From Phoronis australis (taxonomy: Eukaryota > Animalia > Phoronida): a stretch of DNA of 64,000 bases. Location of the stretch: NCBI GenBank assembly GCA_002633005.1, contig NMRA01000981.1, forward strand, positions 16,486 through 80,485. Direction: 5' to 3'. This document shows, one piece after another, positions 15,001 through 27,660 of this stretch (position 1 is its first letter; every line of letters begins with the position of its first letter). Position numbers and translations under genes: made by a program. The notes beneath the pieces were generated by a model, which was not told the DNA's origin, did no database searches, and worked only from the letters and a program-made list of their open reading frames with translations.

Positions 15001-17763
15001 ATGCCATTCAACAATTAAATCGGTCAGTTGTATTCCATGTATTTTAAGAAAAACGACCGAAAATGAAAAGTACTTTCACAGCAAAACAGCGGTATCACTA
15101 CAATGTCCACATATTGTTTAATTGAATTGTTCAAGACAAAATCGTCAAAGCACTTTGTTTTTGTTGTAAACCAGTTCTGATTTTTCATGAAAATCCCGAA
15201 AGTTATAATTTTTGATAGCCCCACAACAGTGGATTATTTTGAAAACAAACCTGAACGGCATTTTGAGAACAGGGCATAAAGAATCAGATCTGAAAGTTTC
15301 ATATCAGTTCCATCAGCTGTTTCAGAGATATGCTTTTCCAAATTGTACCAAATTTGGCCACTTTTCCTTCCATCTCCCAGATATCGTTAAGTTGAACTAA
15401 TCCCAACATGGTATCATTTTCAAATGTAAATAAGGCAATTGCTGATTGATTCTAAATTGATCAGTACATGACAGGCATATACTTACATATTCCCTTTTTC
15501 TCTTCTTGCGTTTTTTAGTTTTGGATTGTTTTGGTTCTGTCTGAAACACACAAAATTTGTATTTAAGCTGTTTTCAGATATATAATTAATTTTGATATGC
15601 CATTGATTCAATTTTTGTCTAAATTATATGGAGATGCTTAAATTCTGTTTCCACTCCTCTTTAAAATGCAACTCTGTACATATGCAAGGGAAACTGAACA
15701 AGTTGACAAATTTAAAATAACAATTTTAAATAAAATTAGTTATTCAAGTGTCAAGGAAATCGACATTTAATCAGAGTAATTCACACAAGGTCTTCTTGCA
15801 AGAACAGCTATTATCGCCTCTTAATATGAATAATTCATGTTTTTATCAACAGGCAACAACTTACCACTCCATTGTCCTCCTTTTGACCAGCTTCAGTCTG
15901 AAATATGTATGACAACATAGACTGACTCGAAAACCGCAATTGAATTATAATTGGAAGTATGCATCATAGCCTCTGTTACAAAATATTTAAATTGCATTTT
16001 AGTTGTGTTCTTTTATTTTGTGCCTCTTAATATGTATAGTGGAGTTCAATTTATGTTAAAAAAAATTAGTGATTCTTCTGGAAGTTGGACGGCTGAAGTT
16101 TAGGATATGTATAAAGCAAAATTGTGAACAGGCTGTTAAATTTAATTTGAAGAACTCTAATGCTAGAAAAGGCAATAGGCATTTGATTGGAACTAATGTA
16201 AACATAGATTCATTTCCAAGTATAAAGGCAGATTTATTCAAAAAGTTTCATTGCAAGTAATTACACACCTCTCCTGTGTCTGATATTCTCCCCTTCTTTT
16301 TCTTTTTTTTCTTTTTTTGGGACTCCATCTGAAACACACAAGAATATGTATGGGCTTAAATATGAAAGGTGACATCAGACTGCTGTACTAAGTCATACCC
16401 TGTGTATAGTGGGAGGAGATTAAATTAAGTTAAAGGCAAAATATTTTACAGTACTTTTAGTGTTTGAAGTTTCTTATATGTGCCTCGCGAAGTTGTGATT
16501 GTGCGGCAGCCATTTAATTGAAATAGTTCACATTTTTATCACTGACAACAACTTACTGCTGCCTTGTGTTGTTTTTGCACGGCTTCAGTCTGAAACATGT
16601 AAGAATATAAGAGTGACTCAAAAAACACATTTGGATTGGAACACTAATAATGAATCACACGTGAGCTCACAATGGAATAATAAACCATAGTGCCAGTGTA
16701 CTAATTTTGGTGAGTAAATATGCAAATTATATTTTAGCTGAGACAATCTGACTTGCATTCGGTCAACTAAAATGTGACCTAAAGCCAAAGGTCACCAAAA
16801 ACGACAATGAGGTTATAAGCATGGTCAATGCATTTTCACTTTCTGTGTCCAAACCTGTTCACCAGAGCTTAAGTGATGTTCAAGAAAAACTAGTAATTCT
16901 ACAACTCTTTAAAAACTTTAGTTTAGGATTTGTTCAGTGCAAAAATGTAAACATGCCGCACATGTTACACTAACAATCAAACAAGGCTATGTTTTTGCCT
17001 GCAAAAGTAAAGGCCTTTTAATTTGAGCAAATGCAAACATGTTAGCATTTTCAAATGCGAAGACAATGACAAATGGATTCAACAAGTTATCTTTGTATCT
17101 CATCTGGGGGAATTCCTTACTTTTTTCTCGTCTGGTTTTTGCATCCACTTTTTTTTCTTTTTCTCAGAGTCCACCTGAAACATGCAACAAAATTTGTAGA
17201 CTTAAAAACAATAGGTGAATTCACTCTGGAATGATTACTTATTTCCCCATGATACAAATTTTGGTGAAAAATATGGCGATTAGGTTTAAGTTGAAACGGT
17301 TTGGCTTGACTTGTCTCATAAGAACTAATGATTAAATTCACAATTGTAAGGTTGCAAAAATCTCGAGCGTATTAATGCTATTTCAGGTGAAAGGGCATCT
17401 GTTTAATTCAAGCAAATGCACATGTGATAGCCTTTCCAGTGTTACGGCAATTACTCGATTTCAAGAAAAAATACATCCATGAAATTGGCAGCTCGGTAGT
17501 GGCTGTTCATTTAAGTCTAATAAATTCAATCAGTGACATTTAAGCAATAATTATATGAGGAACGGTCATCCTGATCTCATTTAATGATATAAGCTGTTTA
17601 ATTTCTTACATGCAAATTTACAAAAACCTTGGTGCAATTGTCTTGGAAAAAAAAGTCAGAAATTAACATGTCAGTAGTTCAGAACAATTACCTTTTGGGC
17701 ATCATCCTGATGCGCTGAAAAGGGCTTCAAGCTGCTGTAGTCGAATTCAAAGTTCATCTGGAA
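90..17763 (-). CDS. Multi-micro-exon gene or partial pseudogene: low-complexity K/R-rich, acidic and Pro/Ser-rich protein with an internal SET domain; probably continues beyond the left edge
   Basis: Stop-free phase-0 minus-strand exons with (T)nYAG acceptors, GT donors and lengths divisible by 3: 17692-17763 FQMNFEFDYSSLKPFSAHQDDAQK; 17121-17174 VDSEKKKKKWMQKPDEKK; 16557-16589; 16269-16328; 15865-15897; 15487-15540 TEPKQSKTKKRKKRKREY; 13318-13422; 12945-13025; 11216-11275; 9107-9211; 8765-8845; 8349-8378; 8113-8172; 7574-7636; 7223-7282; SET exons; 5182-5223; 4223-4255; 3799-3855; 2327-2359; 2096-2137; 1429-1494; 1179-1250; 888-980; 516-584 WCPSRSSPEICSSGDEYIPDSNE; 90-134. Some paralogous exons (8904-9056, 13086-13267, 9827-9858, 14036-14067) have stops or lengths not divisible by 3. 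Joining into one transcript is inferred. Confidence 0.72.
2646..3125. mobile_element. Non-autonomous hAT-like MITE with 6-bp TSD
   Basis: 13-bp TIR CAGGGCTTGGAAT...ATTCCAAGCCCTG. TCATAT duplicated at 2640-2645 and 3126-3131. Empty paralogous sites near 10100 and 14350. Confidence 0.9.
3132..3330 (+). mobile_element. Penelope-like element relic, GIY-YIG endonuclease C-terminus (copy 1)
   Basis: Translates CREKNRYHRGVQETIYIKTLKPSFNKLCGVKLKL, matching the typical PLE tail RExxWFxRGVKEAIYIxxxxPSLNRDGG. Confidence 0.72.
5491..6632 (-). CDS. SET domain, PR-Set7/KMT5A(SETD8)-like lysine methyltransferase, three exons (6560-6632, 5814-5976, 5491-5701)
   Basis: GT-AG splicing with matching phases (1 then 2) gives an open frame: NAQFFCNAGYDQEGFDVRYVSEEKGRGVFTTKTFSKGDFLLEYVGELL...FYQYYFKYSGKQMCIDAKDTVGRLAHLVNDAEECTAECNSTMKLKVVSDTPRLVLYASRDIDKGEELHYDYRGDPGSLWWRKQK. 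Contains the GRGV, EYxGEL, CIDA and GEELxYDY motifs. Confidence 0.92.
10115..10300 (+). mobile_element. Penelope-like GIY-YIG relic (copy 2)
   Basis: Frameshifted NWFLRRVQEIIYIKA...PSFNEQSGVRFKL; paralog of copy 1. Confidence 0.72.
10571..10980. mobile_element. Tc1/pogo-like MITE
   Basis: Imperfect TIRs CCGAATTTGCCGCAATAA...TTATTACGGCAAATACGG. TA on the left, mutated on the right. Absent from the paralogous site near 7010. Confidence 0.75.
14365..14550 (+). mobile_element. Penelope-like GIY-YIG relic (copy 3)
   Basis: RNWFLRGVQEIIYIKAQKPPFNELGGVRFKLLSA, preceded by YHLQES. Confidence 0.78.
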
Positions 17764-20699
17764 CTAAATAAAGAAAACATGACATCAGAGTGTATTCATC
17801 AAAATGTTTTGAGTCACTGAGAAAAACGTGCCTTGGAAAAATTTAAAAATGTACCTTGTTACATCTTGTACATTTAGTAACAAAGTACCAGCTTTGCACT
17901 TTGGCTGGCATTTCATGTAGCATTTCACCACCGTAAAAGTAGTATTTTCTGGCCTCCACTTGTAAGTGTTACATGTTCTGCTGACTGCTAAAGTTTTTAA
18001 ACTGGCAATTACTTTTCTGGCTAAAATTAGTGTTAAGACATATATTCTCATTCGCAAACATTGTATTGTTGTGCAATTTGACTTAGGTTGAATAACCTAT
18101 TCAAATCAATTGTGTATTTTGCATAATAACTATTGACTGCGTTTGAAAACCAAAAAGTTCGACGAAGCGCCTGCAGCCACGTTTTTGGGTTTTTTCTTCA
18201 TTTTTAAATGTAATACTTTTTGCCAACATGAAAGTAAAAGGAAAACTTTCATGCCCGCATACATAGGAACATACACATTTACATCTTAAAAATAAAATGC
18301 CTCAAAATAAACATACTATAGGGGCCCATATGTTAACAAAATCTCAGTGAATTTTAGATTATTTTAAAAGAAGTATTGTTGAGTTTTTAAATATTTAAAG
18401 GAATCGTGTTTCTTATGGTTATCTCTAAACCTATTCACAAAATTTTACAATATTTCACACGTGTCTAGAAAAATACCTTACTTCATTCTCGGGGAACTTC
18501 AAATACAAAATATATACTGTGTAGTGAGAAAAACAAATAACAAAACCAGCTTGGAACCGCACAACCTCGTGGATATTTGTTTACTACTTGTCTGAGGTCA
18601 AAGGTTAAAGGACCTTCAATCAAATCGAATCTTATGCCAGGTACAGATCAGCTTTGCATACCCTCAGTCCTTTCATTCACAAAATTTTCATAACATTGAG
18701 TCAACGAGGTGTATTTATAGTAGAATGGTGCCGGGGAAAATGAAGGCAAAACGTAGTTTTGATTGTAAGATAGTTGTGCGTCTACATGCATACGACCGTT
18801 GGCGTTGAGAACGAATGCTACGGTCGCCTCTGTGGTCGTGAACACAGCAAGTTGTGAAAAGAAACAATTCCTTCATCCAATTAATTGAAATTGACATTTC
18901 AATGTTTTGATCTCATGCTAACGACATGCTTTAACCACCGACACATGACGTGTACAGGCTATGTGTATAACAATGAACTGTGACCTATTTATATAAAAGT
19001 AGGTCAAAGGTCACAAACAATAGTAAAAATTACCTGGGAACGGTACTGTAGTGAGATGTTTTAGTGATAATTAAGTTAATTACGCACTGCACCGTTGAAA
19101 TAGCGAACATATTTAAGGCTTGTATAGATTATGTGTACCGAGTTTCCATCGAATAATTAACCGAATACTTTTAGAAACTTAGGAACACGAGTTTTGCTGA
19201 AACTTTCCAGATTTAATGTTTAGTCATTAGTCTCAAAAACGATAGTAGGATTTTTGTTATAAAGGCCTATTTTTGCCTAATGTAACGAAGACGAATACGA
19301 CTTCCGTTTTTTACAAAGATACCTTACGTTTTGCGAGTTGATTTGTCATAGAAACCAAACGAAAAGACTAATCGAAAATTCCTAAGAGCGTTTTTAGGTA
19401 ACTAGCAAAGTTTTTATTTAAAAAGTTTCATTAAAATCGACTGAGGGGTTATTTTGCTATGGATGTACCTTTCTTAAAAATAAAATTTTGACTTAAAAAG
19501 GTTTATACGTAAAAATAATAATGGTATATTAATACAAATGTATTTTCATATTCCCTAATCTTTTTTCTTTCAGAAAATGTATACTTTTACTAGTTGTTGA
19601 TTTACGAGTTAGGTATTGTCATCTGGCACTTTTTACATAATGTGCATACATGTGTACCTTTAACTCCAATCTTATGTAAAAAAAGTTTGTTGGTGTGAAA
19701 CTAATGAGAAATCATCTCAACCTAATATCACTAGTAAGAGCAGAGATTTTAAGACAGCAATTTTGTTGAGAGTTAGTGCTTTTCTGGACCAGATCGCAGT
19801 CTTTTTGAATTTCTTTTATCTTCCAAGTGTAATTTAAACCAGCATTGTCGGATACATTGAAAATGAAGTCTATTTCCAAAAAACCTGAATTGACCTAGAG
19901 GCATTCCATGGGAGGACATTAAGGGTGTTACGTTTGAAGCTTTTCTACCTAACCAGACAGTGCTCTTGAATGGTCTGAGAAATATTAGTAAGCAGTGTGT
20001 CGATTCGCACCAGATCACAGGCACTTGAGCAAAAAGCCTGAATTGTTTTTCCTGTCATGAATTGTGTATTTCGGGTAATGACAATTGATGATGCATGATG
20101 AGGCAATGTGTCTGCCTGCAGACTTTTTGAACTTCTTTCAAATTTTAAGTTATCATAAAATCAATATTTTTTCAAGTATTGGTTGGCGTTTTTTTAAGAC
20201 ACTGTGTATCAATATGAAATTTTCCTAGATTAATTGCATCTTGTCCTTCATTCTTTCCAAAATATATCTAAATTTGAAAGTCCCAACAAGCTTCCGGTTT
20301 TGTTTTCATCAGCTGAAATCCCAAAAGATCTTGCTAAATCACAGTTCAATTACAAATAGGTTTTGTGCTCTGGCTATTTTTTACAAAATGTACATGCATC
20401 TGTAACTTTAACTCCAATGTTATCTCAAAATAAATTTGAAGTATAATTTGAGGATTAGATCTGAATGTAGCAGTAGCGTTGTGTCATGTGTATCTGTCCG
20501 TCAATGAGATAATTGTATTTTGCAGCTATGTGTAGAACACTCAATTACTCTAGTAATATAGCTATTGGCAGTAGCAAAGCGAGGACTGTCTTAATTAGAC
20601 AAGTGAAAGGTTTATATGGAAGTTAAAAATGTGTGTGTTGCATACACTAAACTTCATGATTCAAGGTTCTACAGGAAATAACAGGAAACAACTGTAGGA

Positions 20700-22402
20700 A
20701 TTTTCACAACAATCACAACTACTCATTGTCTTTGCCATATATGGTAATGGTCAGCTGTCTCAAGGCAATGATTCTGTGAATGACCATTACATAATCTAGT
20801 TTACTTAGAGTTCATCAAAAGGTGTGTGGATGCACTGGGTGGACCACAAGTTACTATAAACATCAGTATTCTGCTTATAAAGCAATAATATTAATAAAAC
20901 TTTCATACCAAAATATTATGTGAAATATATCATGAAGATATTGAAAAATATACGTCCTACAACATAATCTCCTTTCCTTGATGATGATGGTAGAGCCATA
21001 AGACGATGAATTAATTTAAGTAACAGCAGTGAGAATTCAAAGAATGATGCTGAAACTTCAATCATACTCATTCAATTTGGTGTTCAAAAAGGTACTACTA
21101 TTGGTTTAGCTGATTGTTTGAGTAGATTACCTCACAATGGTGATGACAATTATGCTGTCATGGATGATGAACTGATTTTTGTAAGGTTGATTCTCCAGCA
21201 AAATGTATGCATGATAAGATTGCTATGGCAACATGCGATGATGATGAACTGCATTGTGTAGTGTAGTTAATTTTCAATGGTTGGCCAGAACATAGGTCCC
21301 AAGTATTACTGGAATTGCAGTGATCAATTGGCTACTTACAATGATATTGATTTCAGAGCAGGTAGGGTATGTCTTCCCAATGTGCTCCTTTGGCACAATC
21401 ACATACAACTTTACCTCTGTCTCCGGTAGAAGAAATGCTGTTGTAGATTATATTTTACTGTAACTGACTAAAATTATCTGAAGAATTGTGTATCCCCTTC
21501 TATTACTAAGACTTCTGCTATTATTGTTATTATTGGCTATTCTATTCTTGTTTTAAGGTTTAAAGTTTAAAATTTCCATCGCCTGGTGTATGTTTATCAG
21601 GTATCGACACACCTAGTCTTTGCAAGATTTGAGAAATATGCCAAGTGATGGCATCATTGGGCCCCCAGTTCAATGACTAATGGGTAGACTTACCAAGGCA
21701 TTATTGCCTACTTCATGTGCATTGCTAAAATCTGAAGCAGTTAACCTTGATGAAGTGTGCTCACTACTTTCCAATTTATCAAATGTGACAAAAGAAGTAA
21801 AACAGGAATACTAAACCATTGTCAGCGTTTAACAGTTCTGAATCTGAACAAGCTGTGCATATAAAAAATTAAGAGTGGTTGGGAATCAGCAGAATTGGTT
21901 AAACAGCATTCTGATTCATCTTACTGCATCAAATCAGGTGATGAAGTGTGAGAGTATCGACAGAATCGCCAAATGTAACTGTCCACTACAGAATTTGCAC
22001 ATTCAGTAAAGCCTTATTTGCCCAGCTCATTGCACCATCAAGCTAACAGACAACTATCTTACTCAACCAACAAGTGGCATTGGTAATGATTCACCAGAGG
22101 TTAACTAAAAACAAGGACAGGAAGGGAAATCAAAAAACCCTCTAGATTTAAGGATTATATAACTTCTTTGCAGTCAATAAGTTTGTATTGCTGAATATTG
22201 GTTTACAAGGATAGCAACGTTTTTAATTAGATTAGTCTGTTATGGTATGGTTAGATACTATTTGTTTACTGTCTTTGCATTTAGCTGACAATCTTGTTTA
22301 GTGAAACATTTGTTATGATGGTAAATTGTTTATTGTGGATAGCAGTTGTTAATTTAGGTTTCATAGTGCTGCTTAATTGTTTCTGTTTTCAAAGAAAAGG
22401 GC
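20700..22402 (+). pseudogene. Old, heavily deleted Ty3/Gypsy pol remnant (RNase H to integrase end)
   Basis: RIQRMMLKLQSYSFNLVF.KGTTIGLADCLSRLP at about 21030-21130; DDDELH...IFNGWPEHRSQ..YWNCSDQLATYND at about 21240-21350; RTGREIKKPSRFKDY at about 22115-22157. Left boundary approximate. Confidence 0.85.
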
Positions 22403-22631
22403 TGTAGTAGTATTTTGGTTTGTACTGGAACTACACTTGCCTTATATGGCACAATTAGTTGGAGTAGTTTGTTACACAACTCTTGCCAAACAGTTCTATG
22501 AAATGTTAGTCATATGCATGTGGACTTGTGTATTGCCAAAACCTGTTGCTGTACAATAGATAATCATTCCAAAATAAAGTAGTGTTTGAGTAAAGACTTC
22601 TTCTTCACGCCTCGCTCCACGGGACATTACA
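22403..22631 (+). mobile_element. Probable 3' LTR of the old Gypsy remnant
   Basis: Follows the purine tract AAAGAAAAGGG; bounded by TGTAGT...ATTACA; internal AATAAA near 22573. No matching 5' LTR recognised. Confidence 0.65.
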
Positions 22632-24739
22632 ACTGTGTTTCCAGAAATTAAAAACGCACAAAAAGCGCCTGCCAGAAGACTTTTTGAAATTGCTTAACCC
22701 AGATACTGCTGTTAAACCCATTCTCAATTGCACTAGTTACAATTCGGTTTGTCCACTTTTAACAGCCCAAGGTTGTCAATGTAAAAAAAAATCGTATGGT
22801 GACTAAGAACATCACGTATGACAATTCAGGGTTCAGAAGTAAAACAACCCTAGAGTTTTCTAAAAGCGCGTGTGGCGATCAGAAAACTGGAAAATTAAGA
22901 TAAGTTGATTTTTAAGGTAACGCCAAACTTCAATCGTAGCACTGCACATTTAGCTAACTAACAACATAATCATATAATTTTACTCCCTAAAGGTATTAGA
23001 TTTTCTTACAGAAACTCTTTAGATTCTGATTTTTATAATATCTGTCTGCCATTAATCGGGACACACGACCGTGTTTTTATTCAATTTAGCCAAAAAAAAC
23101 GAAGTTACATCCGTAGCAAGCAAGTTACGATCATTAACGTGATATGAATGTCCGAAGTTAGTCAAATTTGGACATTTTTGTAGGGTTCGACATAACCTTA
23201 AATAAATCATAAAGAAAACTTACCAGTATGTTGGTTCTGTAGTAAACGATTTGTGAAATCTCATAAGCTGTGTGTCGATTTGGATGATCTCTCGCTCTTT
23301 TAAAGCAAAAGCCCGAAACAACGCTACCAACTTTCAACCAATAGCAGTTTCCACAGAGTAAATTACGTTGTCACCCTCCAGTTGGTAGGCGTGGCTTATT
23401 GTGATGACGAGTACCTCTTCTTGACATTTTGGTGCTGCCTGTCGAGCTAGAGTTTATTCACGGACGTAAACCGAGAACGAGAAATTGGTCAAAAAACGCG
23501 TAGTTTGAATCTTTGGATGGCATCATATGAAATAGTTTGAAAAAATCCGTTTTCTTTTGGATCGAGGTGCAGGACCCTTTTATCGGGTGGTCAAAAACAT
23601 ATTCAATGTGAAATTTCATATCTCCGCAACCATGAATATCGAACAAATAGCGACTGCCCTAAAAATCAAAAGTGCACTGAAAAACTGCAATGCCAAAATG
23701 ACAGGAAGCCTCAATATATGTTGTGCAACTTACTGCAGACAAAAAGTGACCTTATCATTCTTATAAGTTTTGTGACATCTAGTACTTTATCATTTATGTC
23801 ATTTATTTAACATATATCATTTAGATTATGATACAGATACATTTCTTGGGTTAACTGTGCACATGCAAATAATACTGTATGAGAAATATTAATAGAATTG
23901 TGTAGTGGCTGTTGGGTAATGAGTTCAATCGTATGCTGGCAAGGTATTCCCCACGTAGCAGATATAAACACTTTGTTGGAAACACGTCGTGCAAAAAGTG
24001 TAAAATTGTGGTTGACCATCATGAAAATGGGAGCTTTAGAATTTGGACACGTTTTTGGCCACCCAACACGTGTGTTCAGGGGACCGTTTTACTAGCAGCA
24101 ATTTGTGTACATCCTCGCCTCATCATTGTACACGTATCATGGGTATTTTAATCTCTTGTCTTCCGCGAAACTAGCGAGCAGGTGACGGGCCAAATAAATA
24201 TCAAACAACAAAAAATGCACAAAAAGTTACACAAAATTTTCACCCGCTTAAGCATGATTTCTGACGAGGATATCAAGTTGTCAGTTTGGCAAAAGTATTT
24301 AATTAACTGCTTCACAAGCAGTGGCGCTATTGACCGGCGCTGTTGCGAAAAAAAGAAGATTCTATACCGAAAGTTTAAGTAAGCTGCCAAGTTCAAGCTG
24401 GTTCTGATTTCTCGTTCTTTGAATTTGAATATGAAAACCTGGAATGTGGAATATGACAATGATTATTTAAATAATGCATACGTAAATAAAGATTCCCCTA
24501 ACACCTGGCCGTGGGATAGAAAATTGCGTTATTGTTTCACAACAGTTTCTGTCAGAAACGACTGAATTAGCGTGCGATCACACGGCCTCGGTGTCCGGTC
24601 AATAAGTTTTATTGCACCTAAAGCCGGTTACGCAGTGATTTATTCATTGCTGGCTTTGTCTCAAATCATTTGCACGCACGAACACTCCAAAGGCATTACA
24701 ACTTGCATCTAATGAGATGGACTTTGGTTCGCTTTTTCA

Positions 24740-26800
24740 ATTTTCAACGGGTCCTAATTTGACAGCTGTGATAAGATTAAACCTTTTGATCAAGGAATAG
24801 GAACATTCGATGTAGCATTTTCAAGAAGACGGGCCTGTAACTTTTTCAAACCCTAAGTTTTTCGCGAAAATGAAAAGGGAAACGATGTCTTTAAGATAAA
24901 GCAATAGAATCCTGAATTTATCAGGACACTTTTTACTCTTTATAGTTGAGAAAATATTGTATATATAAGTTATCACCATCCTTCGATTTTAATGCGACGA
25001 GCAAAAGTTGTCGAGGCCACCTTACGAACGGTTTCCCGATGACGTCAGATTTCAAAATGGCTGCCTACACGAACGAGCTAGTTGATGGTTGTAGGTTGTC
25101 AAATCAAAATCTGCCTCAAATACGTGGATTACAGCGAGAAGTTTTGGCCATATAAGAAATTTCACAAGGTAGAACAAGTATGTATGATTTGATTGCATTT
25201 ACCTTCCTTATTTTTTGAGTTATTTGCGAGAGTACGTTCACTTCCGGGTTCACATCAGCTCATCGGCACCGCTTCTTCAGTAGACCAAGTATTAAATTAA
25301 ATTACAAATGTTTGGCAGCTGGGCTCGTTTTAGTGGGGGGAGGGGGAGAAGATGTGACAAAGATGAATGTAGGTTATGCGTGGGTCGTCAGATTTCTAAT
25401 TGATTTGCCAAATTTCGTTGAATTAAGCCATTTTGCCTTCACTGTCTGACCCTGTCAGTAACAATGCTGGTTGTGACATACAGCACACATCACGAATTTT
25501 TGTCCGACCAGTCGGAAATTGGTGGACGACTGGTCATCTAGCCGACCAACAACGGTCGGCTGGGAGTCGTCTGCTGAGTCGCCTCTGTGGTCAGCACTTG
25601 GGTCGGCTAAGTGGTCGCCTAGCGTAGACGACCAATTCGGATTAAGCGTGTCCTTGGTCGGCAAGTACCATTTGATGACTTAGCAGGTGAACTTTGGCCA
25701 AACAAACATTTAGCTGTTCGCAGTTCTTTCACTTTGGAAAAACGTGAACGACCAACTGATAAGGGCCTATTTGTACATGTAACTAGCCCAGATTTTAACG
25801 TCACCAATGCATGAAAACGGAATACGCAAAGCTACAATTGGCTGTAGCCTCAACAGTGGTCATTCCCTGTTTGATGTCACTGTCTAAGTTCGTGGAAATC
25901 GTAACCATAGTATGATTTCGAAGTTAGAGCCATCGAAGTCCGTGGGTTTAGGGCATACTGGACCGTGAATTTTGAGTCTGTACTGCAAGGGTCAATACTA
26001 TGAAAATAAAATCTCCTTTAGTGAGAGCTCTTCGTGGTGTAACAACTCACTCACTATCATCATGGGCGCGTGATAGGATACCCGTGAATAACTTTAAAAA
26101 CGCAAAGAGATGCAGTTTGCGTTACAGAAACAAAATCAATTGTGGGCAAAGACTGTCAAAAATAGCTGCGTTTATAAAATGACTACAACATTGTATTGAC
26201 CGGGAAGCAGCCAATCTAATGCAATTTTTTAATGTCACGAGTCAAATTAAAGAACAAATGTAAAGAAAACTTTCACGTTTTTATCCAAAACTTGTTGCAT
26301 TGTCCATAATCCAAGGTTTACTATTACCGCTTACCTTCAACCTTCGAATTAGTGGTGTTACACAACCGATGTGAACTCATGTAACCGAGACAGTAAAACT
26401 AGGTTAATTTATTTGACCCTGTGCTAAGACGAATATGCATCGACACGCAAAGTGGTATCAGCAAGTGCTACAATAGCCGACCAGCTGGTCGGCTGATGGC
26501 CTGTCGGCTGGGGGAGTCGCCTTATGAGTCAGCACTGTGGGACTAATTTTTTGCCGAACAGTCGGCTAATTTGACGACCGGTCGACAGCCAGTCGTCGAC
26601 CAATTTCCGACCGGTCGGACAAAAATTCGTGATGTGTGCTGTAAAAGCCTAAAGTCGCAATTGAGCTATTTTTAAACGCTCTAGTTCTTCACAATTTTTT
26701 TCTGAATACTAAGTCACCGATATGCACTGATGCATTTCCATGTCTGTGATCAGGTTGATCTCTCATGTCCACATATAGTTACGCAGTGTGGTAGTTTAAG
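24740..26800 (+). repeat. Dispersed repeat family X, copy 1 (interrupted by a TIR element)
   Basis: Colinear with 28580-29985 and with 40465-41278 plus 43108-43263; shared text includes GACGTCAGATTTCAAAATGGCTGCC and CAAGTATGTATGATTT. Confidence 0.85.
25481..26641. mobile_element. 1.16-kb non-autonomous TIR transposon with TA TSD; superfamily unresolved
   Basis: Near-perfect TIR of about 50 bp, CAGCACACATCACGAATTTTTGTCCGACC...; TA on both sides; empty site GACATAAAAG near 29600. Confidence 0.9.
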
Positions 26801-27354
26801 AGATTGTTCTGAAACCCTCTCAACCCCCACACCCCTCGACCCCCACACCCCTCGACCCACGACGCCCTCAAAACCAGGTTTGGCTCCGTCGGGTAATCGA
26901 CTCAGAATCAGCTTCGCTTGGTCTGTACAGCTGCACAAACCAGTACTCAACTAGCAGAAGCCACACATTTCAAATGCACTATAAACAATGCGTATATACC
27001 GTACTACGCTAAAGCCAGTTTCAAAAATTATTAGTCAAACAAACACTTTCTCCCTATGCCCGAGTTATGGTGGGGGTATGCCGGCCACCTGGCGATTTCA
27101 TTGATGTTGACCCCAAAATTTTGCCCCTATCCCGGGTTACGCATTTCATTGATTTCGACCTAAAAATTGGTAGGGATTCTCACCCCTTCCCATGTGCCGG
27201 CTTCGTGGGCATTTTGTTGAGCAAGACCTTTTGGTAAAAATATTAACATAACTTGTAGCTTGTGGGTCAAGGGGGGTATGGGTCAAGGGGAGTTGTGAGT
27301 CAAGGTGGTCGTGGATCGAGGGCTGTGGGGGCCAAGCGGGTTTCAGAGCAATCC
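26801..27354. mobile_element. MULE/Foldback-like non-autonomous element with 9-bp TSD
   Basis: TIR RGATTGYTCTGAAACC followed by about 16-bp tandem subrepeats (CTCGACCCCCACACCC), mirrored at the right end. TAGTTTAAG at 26792-26800 and 27355-27363. A truncated second copy begins near 29764. Confidence 0.85.
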
Positions 27355-27407
27355 TAGTTTAAGTTTATTATTTCGGTGTTGTTGATGTTTCTTGTTTGTA
27401 CTCTTGA

Positions 27408-27660
27408 GGCCCTTTCATATTCACAAGGACGCGTCAATGTTTTGGGGAGTTGCAGTCAGTATGAATGGTTAACTTCCTTCTTGGACCGAAGTTAACAGTG
27501 CTAGTTAACTTCGCAATAAAGAAGTGGATTTAATTGCAGAGCGTCGGCGTTACGCTGCTGTATGAATGGTCAACTTCGGTCCCATCAAAGTTATGGCCCA
27601 GAGCCATTGTTATTGTCAACAATTAATGTGATTGATTCCTCATTTACAATATTCTTTAAC
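27408..27660. mobile_element. Harbinger-like MITE fragment; relatives at about 31003-31490 and about 32858-33045
   Basis: Shared terminus AGGMCCTTTCATA and repeated internal motifs GTTCATACTG/CAGTATGAA and GAAGTTAA. Superfamily assignment is inference. Confidence 0.55.
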
